From positions 133,052,001 to 133,116,000 of the forward strand of contig NC_042998.1 in assembly GCF_006345805.1 (NCBI RefSeq): a stretch of 64,000 bases of DNA. Reading direction: 5' to 3'. This document shows positions 12,499-26,914 of the stretch, piece after piece. Below the pieces are notes generated by a model, which ran no database searches, was not told the origin of the DNA, and saw nothing but the letters and a program-made list of their open reading frames with translations. Position numbers and translations under genes: made by a program. Source of the DNA: Octopus sinensis. Lineage: Eukaryota. Position 1 is the first letter of the stretch; each line of letters begins with the position of its first letter.

Positions 12499-13020
12499 TT
12501 ACATTCTTTTTTCTTTCTTTTTCATTTACTTATTTATTTTCTTTCTGTTTCATATACATATTTATTTTTTGCAATCAATGTTGTTTTTCTTTTCACTTCA
12601 CCGTTTCTTGCCTTATCGACTCTTCTTTTATAATTGTTGGCTTCTTCGAAAACAACATATAAATTTCGTTTTGTTCGAGCATTGTGACTATTTATATTTA
12701 GTTTTCCATTTATACTCTTGTAGTTTTAAAGCCAATATCTTATAATTGTTGCATAAGGCTGCTACATACCTGTATTCATAGAATACATAATATTTCTATT
12801 TCAGTTATCGGCTGGTGCATTCAAAATGCAGTCATTATGTTTATTGTTTTTCTTTCTACTCTTGCTAATTCATTTAATGCCCTACAGAGAATAGTGCATC
12901 TATAACGTATAACTTGAACAGTTAGGGTATTCATGCCTATTACCTTATTTTTAGCAGAGAGCTCTGTTTTAAGTATTAATCTCATGCGTTTATAATATTT
13001 TTGATTGCTTGTTGTCATTT
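11700..13020 (-). mobile_element. Older, more decayed R4/Dong-type LINE fragment
   Basis: ORF 12821-13018 (KYYKRMRLILKTELSAKNKVIGMNTL...LNELARVERKT) matches the post-RT region of R4/Dong. Downstream remnants include KWRQEESLHSQY and VSVP*DD. Confidence 0.7.
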
Positions 13021-13450
13021 ACTGGTTGGTGTTTTTGTCCTCACTTCAAACATGGCTTGGTGTTTTATTCCACACACCATTTCTATTTCGTTATCAAGTT
13101 TTATTACAGGTATCATTACTCATACATAAACGCATTTAAATAGACTGTCCAATCCGTTAATTAGATGAAGGATCAACTTCAACAGTCACGGATGTTAGAG
13201 GAGGTGGCATAACATGTACATATCTCCAACAAACATAACACCAAAGAATGTAACGGAAAATGAGAACAGAAAAAGTTTTTAAAACCCAAAATAAATGCAT
13301 TACCATTTTACGAAACGTTTTTCGTTGTTATATCACCAAATGTGATTCTATTCCGCATGTATCTTCAAGGAATGAAAAAGTAATGATATTTATCAATAAA
13401 AATAGTTTTAGTCTACTACTCATATCGAGTGCTCTTTACTTTTACTTCTA

Positions 13451-13487
<37 letters not shown>

Positions 13488-13594
13488 CATATATGTATAA
13501 CACACACACACATGCACGTACACACGCACACACACGCATATATATATATCTATATCTATTATATATATATATATATATATATATATCTGTAGTA

Positions 13595-13870
13595 AGGCTT
13601 CAACAAACAGAATAGAACTCGATCAGCGAGTAAAGATTACGTTAAAATAAAAACCACAAGCCTTGTTAAATACAGCTACCTAGGGTTTCCTGGCCGAGAT
13701 AATAATATATTTTCAAGCTGAGAACAAGTCTGTTTGTCAGTTGCTTTATAAGCAGACGTTTCAACTAAGAATGCTCATAAAGAAAAAGACAAAAAAACAA
13801 CAACACAAGGGAGATAACCAACATTGCAGTAAACAAATGTCAAAACGGCGTAAACAAGATATAAAGTTTG
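13595..13870 (-). mobile_element. PLE terminal-repeat copy, homologous to 18550-18780
   Basis: Shared GTCTGTTTGTCAGTTGC..TATAAGCAGA..GCTCATAAAGAAAA..CACAAGGGAGATAACCAACATT.CAGTAAACAAATGTCAAAA. The other copy abuts a PLE endonuclease remnant. Confidence 0.6.
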
Positions 13871-13929
13871 CCAACGCAAAAATATTGAAATACACACACA
13901 CAGGCACACACACACACATAACATGGTGG

Positions 13930-14232
13930 ATCACTATCGTTCGATCACTATCATTCGATCAACTGATTAACCTGCTCCTTAATCAACGTACAAACGGCTG
14001 AGCATTCTGTACACACGTCAATCGTCAATCGTTAGAGTAATTCTCAGGAATAATCTATGTGATGTTGGGCAAAAAAAGATACAGTCCAATTGACGAGATT
14101 CTATACTGTTGCCGTCCACTTACAAAGAAGCCCGTTAACGCACAACTTATTGACAAAGTTGGGGTTGCAGAAAATGACATACGGTCGAATACTTGTGAAC
14201 CGAACGTTTTAAGCATTCGGCCATCTTGCACT
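13930..14232 (-). mobile_element. Degenerate tRNA-derived SINE
   Basis: Minus-strand head GTGCAAGATGGCCGAATGCTTAA; tail ..GCTCAGCC....GTACGTT..GAGCAG resembles the tail at 52785-52832. Confidence 0.5.
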
Positions 14233-14260
14233 TATATAAAAGCACAAATGCGCGCAAACT

Positions 14261-14352
<92 letters not shown>

Positions 14353-15797
14353 ATTACAGTGTACACATATTGAGGTATCCGTCATAGGATTGATTTTGGT
14401 AGGAGTGGCTGCCTGTTGTTTGTCTACCTACACATATTCGTAGAAGAATGATCAGTAGCAGGTACTGGTAGTTTGAAGTATATGTGTGGGCGTGTGTATA
14501 TACACGTGTGTGCGTGTGAGTGTATGTGCATGTGTACATGTGTGTGTATGTGCGTGTGTATTTTGTGTGTGTGCATGTGCATGTGTGTGAACGAGGGGTA
14601 TATATACATGCATATATAAATATGCATATATATATATTTACATACATATATATATATACATATATATAATATATATATAATATACTATATATATATATAT
14701 TATAATATATATACATATATACATGTATGTGATATACATTCATATATACATATATATAAATATACATACATACATATAAGTATATATATATATATAACAA
14801 TATACATATATATTATAACATAATATATATAGTTATATATATATATAATATATATAATATATATATATACATAAGTGATTTTGTATGTGTGTGTGTGTGT
14901 GCATATGTTCCTTATGCATTCCAAAACTGAGTTGCCGATTTTAACGTATGGGGTATCAAAAGATTCGGTATGCTTTTGGCTACCAACTGAACTATATTTT
15001 CATTCACGTATTTGCATTACAAAAATTTAATATTATCACTTTTCTTTTAATCACCTATCGTAAACGACATTTTTTACTATCACCACCACCACAACTACGA
15101 TAACGTCACATTTTCTATATGAGTGTGTTCGTGCGTTCCTTACGTACGCTCGCCCGATGACTGACAAGTACACCTGTCTGACGGTGTTTGTACCTGTAAG
15201 TATACATACATTTTTGTGACGACTGACACACACACACACATACATCTAAGACACAGACAAACACACAGTGACAGAGATAGGCTTGAGGTGTGCGTTAATG
15301 TATGTGTGTATGTGTGTATGTGTGTGTGTGTTTGTGTGTGTGTCTTAGTATATGTACGTCCTTTAATAATGGAACGCGCTGATATGAAAGTTACAGCGAC
15401 CAGGTTTCATTAGAAAGTAAAAATAGTTCCACACTTTCCATTTGAACCAAAATTTCAGTGTTCGATTACGAGACTGACGATGTGCGAATAATGAAAGTAA
15501 AATCTCTCCGAATTAGTCACATTGTATTACAATAAAGAAATGCTCTCTCTTACACACACAAGTCCATTTCATATACATGTACATCTTTCATTTTCTCCTC
15601 TCTTTTACTTTCTCCTCTCACTTCAAAGCAAATGTCGCCTTCTCTCTTTATCCTCTCTTTCAATTTCTGCACTCTTGAAAGCATAAATAAATTAAAAGAA
15701 TTTTACGGAATTTAACGAACAATCATATGATACCATATATGTCGTGCTGACAACTTTGTTTCTTCAAACAAAAGAATGCCATAAAATATCTTTCTTT

Positions 15798-15838
<41 letters not shown>

Positions 15839-16793
15839 TAGGTAAAATTTATGTGCGAATTATGTTAATTCTTGCAGTGTTCACGGGCAAATTTAAAGTA
15901 CAAATCCAATTGAAATGATATTTTTCTATTGTGTAATTTGTATTTGTGGTAAGCGTATTTAAAAACCTGATCTTCGATATAAACTCGAAAGAAAGTTTTC
16001 CCAGAAGTCCTGTCCTTTACCTCTTCTTTCTAGCATGTGACATTTCCGCCCCCTTGCCTTATTTTTTTCCTTAATTTCTTCCGATTCCTACGTTTGCAAT
16101 ATAGGACATTAGGATTTCACCCACAAAACACGTTCTCAATATTTTAATTTTCTGCCTCTTCACACCAAGTTCATGTTTTACTTCTTTCAAATATTTTTTC
16201 TTGGTAATCCATGGAATGGAGAAAAAACAGAGAGTGCGAATGTTTAAGAATTTTACCCATCACGTCACCACTGTCAAAAAAGGTTATACACTCCCAGTGT
16301 TTCACTCTTAACTTTTTTGGAAAGCGGGGGAGGTTCTTCAGAAATAATGTCGTTTACCTGTTGTTTCTTGCAAGTTTGCTATTTCAGTAGAATTCTACGC
16401 ATGCGGGAAACATCAGATAAAAGCGAAAGCAGGTAGGTGTTGCGTGAGAGAGGTGGAGAAGGGACATTGAGTGTTTCTTTAAGAACAATTATACTATGAA
16501 AAATATATGTATTTCCCAAATTCGTAATTTCTGTATTTTTCTACGTGGATAACAAAAAGATTTTAAAACTTCAAAAATGTTACTAGTTACGAAATTGCGG
16601 TGACGATGGGATAAAATTAAAAATTTGAAAACGTGATCTCCAGACAAAATCGTATTAGCACTTTCATGCAACCAACTATAATAATATTGTTGTCATTATC
16701 AACTATTTGTATTATCTTCCATAATAATAACAATACTTATATCTATATAAATATTCGCTTCTGAATATTTTTGCTGCTCTCTCTATATATATA

Positions 16794-18528
16794 TCCATAT
16801 ATATATATAACTGAGAATGTGTGTCTGTTTGTCTGTCTGTCTGTCTGCCTGTGTGTTTCCCTAAAACTTGAGAACTACACAACCAATTTCATTTAAATTT
16901 TACACATGCCTTACTTAGGGTCCGGGGAGTGTCATCGGCAAAAAAGTTTTTAACTTTTTGCCTAGGGCAAGCCCACAGCAATATCATATCTTCTCCGCTA
17001 TGATTCCCTAAAACTTGAGAACTACACAACTAATTTTATTCAAATTTTACACATGCCTTACTTAGAGTCCATGTAGTTTCATGGGCAAAAAGAAATGTTC
17101 AACTTCTTGCCTAGGACGAGCCTGTAGCAATATCATATCTTCTCCACTATTTCAGTATTACGTGTTAAAAGTGAAACAAAAACATTTCTCTATTTTATGT
17201 CAGACACTTTCACTTTAACAATAAAAATTAGAGATAATAATAACAATTGAATTATATGTAGTAAGTAATAATTAAAATCAAACTAAAGTATAATATAATA
17301 ATTAAATCGTAACATAACAAAAGTAAAAATAGCAATTGGTATAAAATTGCATCAATGACTTGAACTTGAATAAGTGGATTCACATGAATGGGAATAAATT
17401 AAAAATAAAATTAGTGTGCAGAAACGGAATAGTCCAAATGGAGCTGTGCACATACCTTTTACCACGGCTTTTACATTGGATTATCTGCTAATTAGCTAGC
17501 ATTAAGTATCTATATGAAGTTTGGCTGTATGTAATGTCTGTTTTCTCGAACTGACGCTTCTACTGAGTACTGCTGTTGGTTTATTTCTTATACATAAAGG
17601 ACTATAGCTTCAACTGCGTACTGCTTTTTGATTCACCATAAGGTTTGATGTTATTATTATTACTGTTTAACTATTGTTATCATGTTTGTTGGTTCCTCGA
17701 AAGGGAAACGTTGTTGTATTGCATTTGTTAAATATTTGTAAACCGTAACACTCCCCCTTTGGGAGAAGGAGCTTTGGTTATTGTTTAAAAATTGAATTGT
17801 GTCCTTGTTTGGGGAAATTGACAATATTTTCACCGTTTATGTGGAAACATTTTTGTTAAAATGCCTTCGATAGAAAAAAGTCAAATTGAATTTTGCTGCA
17901 GCCGTCGGTGGGCGCGAAGTCATTAAAATTAAAATGGAAGAAATACAAACCTATTTCAGATTGATCACCGACAAAGACGGTGAATCTAGGATAACACCAT
18001 CAAACGAAAAAAAAAATTAAATTAAAGAAAAGACTATTGTTTATAAAGTATACAATGTAGAGAAAAAAAGATTTGAACACCTGGAGGAAAGCACCATTGA
18101 AAAGTGTCTTGGTGCAACTATGAAAGATATCAAATATCTAACCAGAGGCGGTAAATTCGCCACAAAAGAAGCAAGGTTCGAGTCAACTCGAACCTTGCAA
18201 AGTGGAAATATTTTATTTTTACCTTTATTACCAAATTAGAAATGTCCCCAGAGAAGTAGAGGTAGGCTGGATGTAGCCACACTTCTATACAAGAGGGAGG
18301 ACGAGATACAATTGATCGAAATTGCAAGAGACGGGCCTACAATTCCAGTCTGTTATATATTTTGAGTATTGTTATCAATAGCGATATCAAGATATAACTT
18401 TGTATCTTGTATTTTATGTGTAGATGTATATATATATATATAGATGTGCATGTAATATGTGCACATATATATACACATATATACATGCACTAGCACTATG
18501 ACCCGGCAACGACGGGCCATAATGCTAG
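16794..18528 (+). mobile_element. Non-autonomous Helitron
   Basis: 5' A|TC start, then (TA)n and (GTCT)n; about 146-bp internal tandem duplication (16857-17150); 3' hairpin CCCGGCAACGACGGG 18502-18516 followed by CTAG|T; no TSD. Confidence 0.75.
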
Positions 18529-18549
18529 TATATATATATAATCTTAACT

Positions 18550-19325
18550 CTCTGATCGAGTTCTATTCTACTTGTTGGCTTTACCACACACACGATATAT
18601 ATATATATATATATATAAGATTATGTTATGATAAAAACCACAAGTCTGTTTGTCAGTTGCCTTATAAGCAGATGACGTTTGATCTAAGAACGCTCATAAA
18701 GAAAACAAAAAGAAAATCACAAGGGAGATAACCAACATTACAGTAAACAAATGTCAAAAAGATATAAACAAGGTACAACTGTTTTACAATGTTTCTGTTG
18801 CCCCATTTTTGAATTCCGCTAAAATGTATTTCTTAAATTGTGGACGCATAGAAAAAATCTCGTCCCCTGAAATTTACGTTGTTGTTGGAGGCTCTCAAAT
18901 TCTTTTAAGACATATAGATTTTGAAGAGAACATATTGAACATCTTTTGGACCCGTTAATATAGGGTTTGGTTTCTGAAAGGATATTCCATTTCATGCAGC
19001 AGTTGGTCCCCTCCTCTTTAAGTTTCCGGACTTAAGCCGAATGGGTAGTTGAAGTCTTTTATCACGATGTCTAAAGTTTGAATGATGGTTGTCATAGGAG
19101 GATTAAAATTTTTGTTCCACGGCTCATAGACCTCTGTGTCTGTCGTTCCCATAGAATGATATATCCATATAATGAAATCAAGTGCTATGGAAGCCGCGGT
19201 GCCTATGAAAGACGATTCCCGTTCGCTAAGATCTATGTGTATGCTTTTCTGCAACATGTACCTAAATGAGATCTCTCAAGGCTAACAACGCAGGATCCAG
19301 TGTCCTAACAAGGCATCCATGTTAA
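18550..19325 (-). mobile_element. PLE 3' fragment: GIY-YIG C-terminus plus terminal repeat
   Basis: Frameshifted translation YDNHHSNFRHRDKR...LKEEGTNCCMKWNILSETKPYINGSKRCSICSLQNLYVL matches the PLE C-terminal W.I...Y...KRC.LC pattern. Confidence 0.7.
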
Positions 19326-19331
19326 GTCAGT

Positions 19332-19372
<41 letters not shown>

Positions 19373-19499
19373 AGAGAGCACGGCATAACAGTTACACCCT
19401 TGCTAAAATGGTGAGCCAATGTTTTTCTTTTTAGTTTAGATTTGCTACCATAACCATACAATAAGTGATCCCATTTATGCATGTATATATACATACATG

Positions 19500-19546
<47 letters not shown>

Positions 19547-19796
19547 ATATATATATATATATAATATATATATATGAAAGAATGAGTTGAACGACGATTA
19601 AACAAAATTCCTTTATTCTCGATATATGTTTCGAAGGCTGCATATAGCTTCATGTAGCTTCAACCGTGTTTTTCTGACGTGAATTGCTACCCAGGTATCG
19701 GTTAACGAATTATCCATACTAAGATAATTCATTCAATACTTATATATTATATAATATATATATATATTATATATATATATTATATAATATATATAT

Positions 19797-19889
<93 letters not shown>

Positions 19890-19906
19890 ATATAGATATG
19901 TAGATA

Positions 19907-19976
<70 letters not shown>

Positions 19977-20072
19977 TATGTATGGTAAGTATGTTATATA
20001 TGTACATATATATATCGATATATATAATCTACATGCATATATATTGTTCGCATACATATATGCATATATATA

Positions 20073-20108
<36 letters not shown>

Positions 20109-21386
20109 CTCCAGCATGACTACGACTGCATGGCTGAAAGACTAAAGAGTAAAGAGTATATATATATATATTATATATATATATACACACACACACATAT
20201 ATATATATATGTATGTGTGTGTGTATGTGTGTGTGTGTGTGTGTATGTGTGTGTGTGTGTATGTGTGTATGTGTGTATGTGTGTGTGCCAATAATATATA
20301 TTTAGCTATCTATTTTTTCACACTCACACACACACACAAAGACGCACGTTCATACAGTATCAGTATCCCCAGCACACACTCGACTACCCTTAGCAGCGTG
20401 ATATACGAATGTAAAAATGGTTAACTATCCATTTCCCAGCAATCTGCAACAGATTATAGTAGAAATCTAAACATACATCGTTCCGAGAGACGAGAGCTAA
20501 CGGTAAGATGTTACGGAGTGGGTTGATGTTGGCCGGGTATTGGGACGCTGTTTAGTGAGAAGTGAAGGGAAGTTCATATTTAGTTGCTGGTTTTGTTGTT
20601 TGGTGGTTGCTATTTCTGTTGTTGTTGTCATGCTCTTGTGTTGTTGTTGTTGTTTGTTTTTTTTTACCATTTTTAGTTCTTTTTTTCGGCTCATTTTTTT
20701 CCCAGTGTCACTGGTGCTTCTACCATCCTCGCTTTAAGTTTTCCATCTGGTTCTTCTTAAATTGTTTTCCTCTGTAGGTGTATATTTGTGAGCGTGCTCG
20801 TATGTGTGTGTGTGTGTGTGTGTTGTGTGTGTATGTGTGTGTATTTGAGTGTGCATGTGAGTTTGTGTGTGTGTGTCTGTATGAGTGTGTGTGTGTATGT
20901 GCATTGTGTTGTATATATGCATACGTCGTTTATGTATCTGTGTGTATACATATACGCATATATATATATGTGTGTGTGTATGTGTATGTGTGTGTGCGTG
21001 CGTGAATATATGTATATACATATATATGTATATATATATATGCATATACATACATATAATATATATATATATACATATAATATATATATATTATATATAT
21101 ATATATTATATATATATAATCTATATATATTATATATATATATATATGTATACTTCTGTGAAAGTGTATACTGTATATTTGTATATATATATTTTTGAAT
21201 ATTTCCGTGTGAGCACTTAAAAGACAGACACTATCTATGAAAACTTTGGTGTGCTTGTGTGTTTATGTGCACGTGCGTGTGTGTATACGGTGGTGATTAT
21301 GAAGACTATGTATTTGTGTATATGAACTTTAAATGTTCTGCTCGAAGGTAGACAAGCTTCAGTGTGTGTGTATGTGTGAGTGTGTG

Positions 21387-21433
<47 letters not shown>

Positions 21434-21516
21434 CACACATATATATATATTCCCCCCACACACATATACATATGTGCATATATGTATATATGTATAATAT
21501 ATATATATATATATAA

Positions 21517-21810
21517 ATCACCGTGACAGACCAGATGTTGCTACACATCGCTGGTCACAATGCGCTTCGCATTGTTTTAGCCTTCAAATGACGCAACCCC
21601 GCCGGCTAAGTGAGCAGGCCAACAGAAGAAAGAGTGAGAGAAAGTTGTGGTGAAAGAGTACAGCAGGGATCGCCACCAAACACTGCCGGAGCCCCGTGGA
21701 GCTTTAGGTGTTTTCGCTCAATAAACACTCACAACGCCCGATCTGGGAATCGAAACCGCGATCCTGCAACTGCGATTCCGCTGCCCTAACCACAGAGCCA
21801 TTGCGCCTCC
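21517..21810 (-). mobile_element. SINE family C
   Basis: Reverse-complement homolog of 3946-4222, with A and B boxes. Confidence 0.8.
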
Positions 21811-21847
<37 letters not shown>

Positions 21848-22104
21848 TATGTGTGCATATCTATATATGCATATATATATATATATGTATATGTCTATAT
21901 ATGTATAATATGTATAATATGAATAGATACAAGTATACATACATCTATAAATATAAATAAATATATATAATATATATATATATACATATAGGTATTTATA
22001 TATATTTGTATATATATATATAATATATATATTATATATATACATATATATATATCTATATATATATATATAATACATATTACTTATATATATACATATA
22101 GATA

Positions 22105-22188
22105 TACGTAGATATATATATAGATATATAGATGTAACATATATATAGATATGCACACATATTCATATAAATATGCACATATATACGC

Positions 22189-22235
<47 letters not shown>

Positions 22236-22507
22236 TATATATACATATATGCATATATGCATACACATACATATGTATATATACATATATGTATATATGC
22301 ACATATACATATATATACATATACATATGAGTGTGTATGTGTGTGTGAGTTTATGCATTAGTATTTATTCGTTCTGATTATATATATATATAATATATAT
22401 ACATACTATATATATACATAATATATACGTAGATATATATATAGATATATAGATGTATACATATATATAGATATGCACACATATTCATATAAATATGCCA
22501 ATATATA

Positions 22508-22564
<57 letters not shown>

Positions 22565-22716
22565 CATATATATATATATACATATATGGCATATATGCAT
22601 ACACATACATATGTATATATACATATATGTATATGCACATATACATATATATACATATACATATGAGTGTGTATGTGTGTGTGAGTTTATGCATTTTAGT
22701 ATTTATTCGTTCTGAT
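22105..22716. repeat. Tandem duplication of about 330 bp of AT/AC-rich sequence
   Basis: GAGTGTGTATGTGTGTGTGAGTTTATGCATT..AGTATTTATTCGTTCTGAT and GATATGCACACATATTCATATAAATATGC each occur twice. Confidence 0.8.
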
Positions 22717-23261
22717 ATATAATATATATATAATATATATATATATAAAATATATATATATATGAGTGGTGTGTGTGTGTATGATTATATATATATATTA
22801 GTGTGTACATTTGTATTTATGCATGTGTACTCCCGCGAGAGTGCATACTTGTGTATTTGTGCTGCATAGATTTTATACAGTTCGCTAATATGGACCGATT
22901 TTTTTGTTTGTGGTGTGTGCGCGCATCCTCAACTATATGAAACTTTTGATGCTATTCAGTAATCTATATATGAATGTCTACAAATGACTGTAATTATCTA
23001 TGATATGCACTGTGCCAGTGTAATATGCGTAAATATACTTTTAAGGGTGGATACGAACATCTGACTGAGCATATATGTATGTATGTATAAGTATGTCTTC
23101 GTGTGCATATCTTATGCGCATGTGCGTATACCACTGTGGTGCTCCGGGAACGGTTTTCTCTGTAAAGATAACTGTGATGTGTTTGAAGATTTATATAACT
23201 CCCTGTGTCTGTGTGTGCATGTGGGTGTGTGCATGTACATGTGTGTGCGTGTGCGTGCGTG

Positions 23262-23292
<31 letters not shown>

Positions 23293-23432
23293 ATCTTCTT
23301 ATTTGTACATGTGTTTGTATTTCTGTCACTATGTGCGCCTCAGTTTATGCGTCATACAGATAAGAGTTAGAACTTTTTCCATCTGTTTGTGGCTTTATAT
23401 TCACACAGACCTCACATTAGGCATGTATGTAA

Positions 23433-23483
<51 letters not shown>

Positions 23484-23521
23484 AATATATATATTTATAT
23501 GTATATATATATGTATATATG

Positions 23522-23555
<34 letters not shown>

Positions 23556-23652
23556 TGTATGTATGTATGTATGTATGTATGTATGTATTTGAATGCATAT
23601 TTGTGTATGTGTGTATATATATGTTCGTATATGAATGCATATTTTTGTGTGC

Positions 23653-23706
<54 letters not shown>

Positions 23707-23748
23707 ATATATAAATTATATATAATATATATATATATATATATATCT

Positions 23749-23789
<41 letters not shown>

Positions 23790-24202
23790 GTATATATATG
23801 TATGTTTCCCACACAATTTCTGTGCATGTATGAATTTATGTAAGCATAGGTTTTATGTATGCATATTATATACACACCACGTAACTAATTATTATGAATA
23901 ATACATATTTAAACGTCGTATGCTACTATTATTTATAGTACAGTTAGTATGCACTCACATATAAACACACATGTATAACACATACACGTATATGCATATA
24001 TTTATGCGCGTATATTAACTTGTGTGTATATATATTATATATATATATAATATATATAGATATATATATATATATATTATATATATATAATATATATACG
24101 GGTCAATATACACAATATATGCATATACGCAAATATCATGTACACACATACGCACACCTATGTATATATATATATATATATATAATATATATATATATAT
24201 CT

Positions 24203-24636
24203 AGGCGTGGCTGTGCGGTAAGTAGCATGCTTACGAATCACATCGTTCCGGGTTCAGTCCCATTGCGTGGCCCCTTGGGCAAAGCCGACCAAAGACTTGT
24301 GAGGGGATTAGGATGCGCAACTGAAAGAAATCCGTCGTATATATATATGAGTGTGTGTGTGTGTGTGTATGCGTGTGTGTGTGTGTGAGTGTGTGAGTGT
24401 GTGTGCGTGTGTGTGTGTTTGTACGTCTGTGTTTGTCCCCCAAACATCGCTTGACAACCGCTGGTGTGTTTACGTTCCCGTAAACTAGCGGTTCGGTACG
24501 GCAAAAGAGGTCGATAGAATAAGTACTAGGCTTACAAAGAATAAGTCCTGGAGTCGACTTGCTCCTTTAAAGGCGGTGCTCCAGCATGGCCACAGTCAAA
24601 TGACTGTAACAACTAAAAGAATAAATGAGTAAAATA
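24203..24636 (+). mobile_element. SINE family B
   Basis: Homologous to 5213-5640 from head to tail. Confidence 0.85.
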
Positions 24637-24915
24637 GATATGTACACACATACTCACACACACACACACATAAAATAGACTGCAGCAATATTGGGATAAC
24701 TTCTTTACTTTATCACATTAGTACATCGTTCATATAGACTAAATACTTACTGAGTCTCTGATAAACTCCTTCACAAAATACGGAACATGATGTAAGTTAA
24801 AAACTACAAACCAGAACTCTGTCTTTCTTTCTCCCCCGCTTTCTTTCTCTCACACATACTCAAACAAGCACACACAAGATACACGCTAGCCATAAAACCC
24901 GTTTCCCTAGATATA

Positions 24916-25081
24916 CCGTATTTTAACGTGTATAAGGAACCACCTAACTTTTGGGGCTTAAAATTTGGAAAAAAAAAAAGGTTTTGTAAGGGATTAAAAT
25001 ACTATCCATGTATAAGAAACTCCCATATTTTTTAACCTAATTTTCGACAAACAAGGGTTCCTTATAGACGTCAAAATACGG
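24916..25081. mobile_element. 166-bp MITE of the Tc1/mariner-pogo type
   Basis: TIRs CCGTATTTTAACGTGTATAAGGAACC / GGTTCCTTATAGACGTCAAAATACGG, with TA on both sides. Confidence 0.8.
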
Positions 25082-25183
25082 TATATTAGCCGGAAGAAAC
25101 GATAGAACTCCGAGTAACAGCACAAATGTTGGCTGCTAAATTAGGTTCACACACACACACACACACACTCTCATACCACACAC

Positions 25184-25228
<45 letters not shown>

Positions 25229-25955
25229 ATACACACACAACATTTACATACACTACTATCTAGGTCATAACAAATGTATATGTAGTGTTTTGAGTACAGG
25301 ATGGAAAGGATGCTGCATTCCCATTGAATCTTCGGTTGTATATAATGAACGTGTATGTCTATTTCATAGCCATCCCGCCCCTTCAAGCCCTTGTGACTTA
25401 CTTCCTTTTTCACCACCCCTACCACTTCTCCTCCCCCTTTCCAGCCACCTCTTTTTTTTTTCTCCATCCTACTGTCTTTCACTTGCACCTCTACTCTTCC
25501 ATTTACATATGTGTGATGTTTGTGCGATTTGTTTTCTTGTTATACCATTTTTTATAGATTTTTTAGTTACTGTTGTTGTTATAACTGTTAGTATTGTTGT
25601 TATTTTTGGCATAGTTGTTGGGGGATGTTACTTTTGTTGAGGGTGTCACTGCCAATAGTAAACAACTATTAGATCTATTGCAGACGGTGTCACTATTAAT
25701 ATTGGTGATAATGAGAGCAATATGGTAGTGGTGGTGGTGGTGGTGGTGGTGGTGGTGGTTGCAAAGAAGTGTAAGTGTTGGAGAATGGTAGTTGCTATAC
25801 GTGCATGCGAATGTGGTTGTTGCACTCCTGGCTTGGAGATTTATTTAGACGAAGAGCTGCCGCTGGTTTTCGGGTAGAAATAAAAATGGTAAAAACTAAT
25901 GATTTATAATGATGATGATGATGATGATGAGGATGATGATGTAGTAGTAGTAGTG

Positions 25956-26015
<60 letters not shown>

Positions 26016-26208
26016 AATTATTCCATCTTTGGCCATGCCATTTTTATTGTTGTTGCACAATCTGACTTTAGTTTATCTAATGTAATCTCACCGTATAAAG
26101 ACAGTGGAACATGATTTGGGAGAGGATTGCTTGTTATTTCTAGAAATGTCTAGTGATAGCTTAAAGGCTTCCTCGTTGGCTTGTGACATAATCAGTGCAT
26201 GCTTTGTG

Positions 26209-26355
26209 GGTGGAGGTAAATAATATGTGCACCACTCATTTTCGGCGTACCCTAACTCTAACTCTAAACACAACCCTAGACCTAACCCTAACCCTAAACT
26301 TAACCCTAATCCTAAATGCCGAAAACAGGTGGTCTGCATATTGTTTACCTTCGCC
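26209..26355. mobile_element. 147-bp GG-ended MITE with 8-bp TSD and internal degenerate (CCCTAA)n
   Basis: About 40-bp imperfect TIRs (GGTGGAGGTAAATAATATGTGCACCAC.. / ..GTGGTCTGCATATTGTTTACCTTCGCC); TSD GCTTTGTG at 26201-26208 and 26356-26363. Confidence 0.8.
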
Positions 26356-26527
26356 GCTTTGTGTATGTGTTCTCGACATGTTGGATATATATATATATAT
26401 ATATCTTAATTGCTGTGGTTTAACTCTAGGCTGATCATGTTTGAGCAAGACTATTATAAGACCCAATCCCAACCACGACGATCCGGTCTTTCAGGGATTT
26501 CTTTCTAAAACTATTTGATCTTTTATA

Positions 26528-26708
26528 TTTTACTTGTTTCAATCATTAAACTTTTGGCCTTGCTGGGGCACCACCATGAAGTATTTAATTTTTCAAGCCT
26601 GGTACGTATTCTATCGGTCTTTTGCCGCACCGTTAGATTCTGGGGACGTTAACACGCCAACACCGGTTGTCAAACAGTGGTAGAGGACACAGACATACAG
26701 ACATACAG

Positions 26709-26760
<52 letters not shown>

Positions 26761-26895
26761 TATATATATATATACAACGGGATTTTTTCAGTTTCCGTCT
26801 ACCACATCCACTCACAAGGCTTTGGCCGGCCCGAGGCAATAGTAGAAGACACTTGCCCAAGAGGTCTTGATGTGGGATTGAACACAGAACCATGT
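26528..26895 (-). mobile_element. SINE family B (minus strand)
   Basis: Reverse complement of the family B body and tail. Confidence 0.8.
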
Positions 26896-26914
26896 GATTA
26901 TATTATTTATACAT

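Larger units (their letters stand above)
19740..23800. repeat. Large compound (TA)n/(CA)n/(TATG)n microsatellite field, representative of dozens of tracts in the window
   Basis: Directly visible. Similar tracts at 880-1345, 3780-3945, 6195-6420, 14620-14900, 36740-37235, 37850-38130, 39128-39215 ((GATA)n) and 63410-63860. Confidence 0.95.
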
